56,859 bases of DNA from a virus (Duplodnaviria > Caudoviricetes). Made by a program: the position numbers and the translations under genes. Positions 56,346 through 56,859 of this stretch are shown here, one piece after another (the first letter of the stretch is position 1; each line of letters begins with the position of its first letter). Location: IMG/VR virus record IMGVR_UViG_3300045973_001145, positions 1 through 56,859 of that record, one strand, 5' to 3'. The notes under the pieces are model-generated. The model was not told where the DNA came from and made no database searches. It saw nothing but the letters and a program-made list of their open reading frames with translations.

Positions 56346-56603
56346 CTATTTTAAAGTTTTATTGATTTTTATTAGTTTTTCTTTTCTCAAAAATGTAGTA
56401 ATTCCATAAATTTTTTGAATATCTTGAGCAGTATAAAGATTAACGTCAACACTTTCATACTCTCCTGATTCTAATATGCAATCATATTTATTATTCCATC
56501 CAGATTTAACAATTAAAAGAGAAAAAGCATTTGTCATATCAACATATCTATATACTTCACCATTTTGTATTTTAGAAAAATTATATCTAGCTTTGAGTAT
56601 CAT
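56346..56603 (-). CDS. Hypothetical protein with RKEKLIKIN tail
   Basis: ORF track. Confidence 0.6.
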   Translation of the reverse strand: MILKARYNFSKIQNGEVYRYVDMTNAFSLLIVKSGWNNKYDCILESGEYESVDVNLYTAQDIQKIYGITTFLRKEKLIKINKTLK

Positions 56604-56856
56604 TTATTAAACATTTTGCAGCCCAGCTAAATCTATCTGTTTCAAAACCTGATATTAATTCTAAATTTGTCAATTCAACTTTTGACATTCCATTTATATA
56701 TCTATCTAATTCTTTGATATATACTATAAAAGTATAAGGTTCACCTGTCTTTCCTTCATTTTTGTCTTCTTTAGATACTAAATTAATGACTTCTTGATAA
56801 TATCCAACTCTTTTAGTTGATAATTCATCTTTAAAATTATTCAATTTTAAAATCAT
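56587..56856 (-). CDS. Hypothetical protein
   Basis: ORF track, window edge. Confidence 0.5.
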   Translation of the reverse strand: MILKLNNFKDELSTKRVGYYQEVINLVSKEDKNEGKTGEPYTFIVYIKELDRYINGMSKVELTNLELISGFETDRFSWAAKCLINDTQS

Positions 56857-56859
56857 CTT

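Noticed and set aside
1-56859. Stop-codon recoding (code 15, as in Lak phages)
   Set aside because: Long genes (TBDR, MetK, gp32) are intact in code 11 and TAG ends several genes at sensible positions

Overview
Very AT-rich, gene-dense segment of a T4-like jumbo/huge phage (gp32 SSB, gp23- and gp21-like remnants, CHAP endolysin) using the standard genetic code. The host is most likely Bacteroidota/Bacteroidales: there are 17 TAnnTTTG(-7)/TTTG(-33) promoter boxes, an Oar-type TonB-dependent receptor and Bacteroidales-like genes. The window is mostly accessory genes: RNA/tRNA repair and translation rescue (Pnk-phosphatase, RNA ligase, CCA-like NTase, two Pth2-like, SpoT-like HD hydrolase), MetK plus three orphan DNA MTases, glycosyltransferases, a PolA-like protein and late virion genes. 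Structure not explained by gene names: (1) a basic R-K-x-K-[LI]-x-x-[LI] tail on about 20 unrelated proteins, including a degenerate major-capsid paralog, a prohead-protease fragment and a -1-frame extension of the RNA ligase; (2) a second peptide code (N-terminal MKYLKTFE, C-terminal KYN[LF]) on late-promoter genes; (3) a ~140-nt tRNA-mimic RNA with an expanded anticodon domain; (4) tandem ~139-nt units each encoding a KCNxPP micropeptide; (5) three recognisable promoter classes. All protein calls come from motif recognition by eye; no searches were run.
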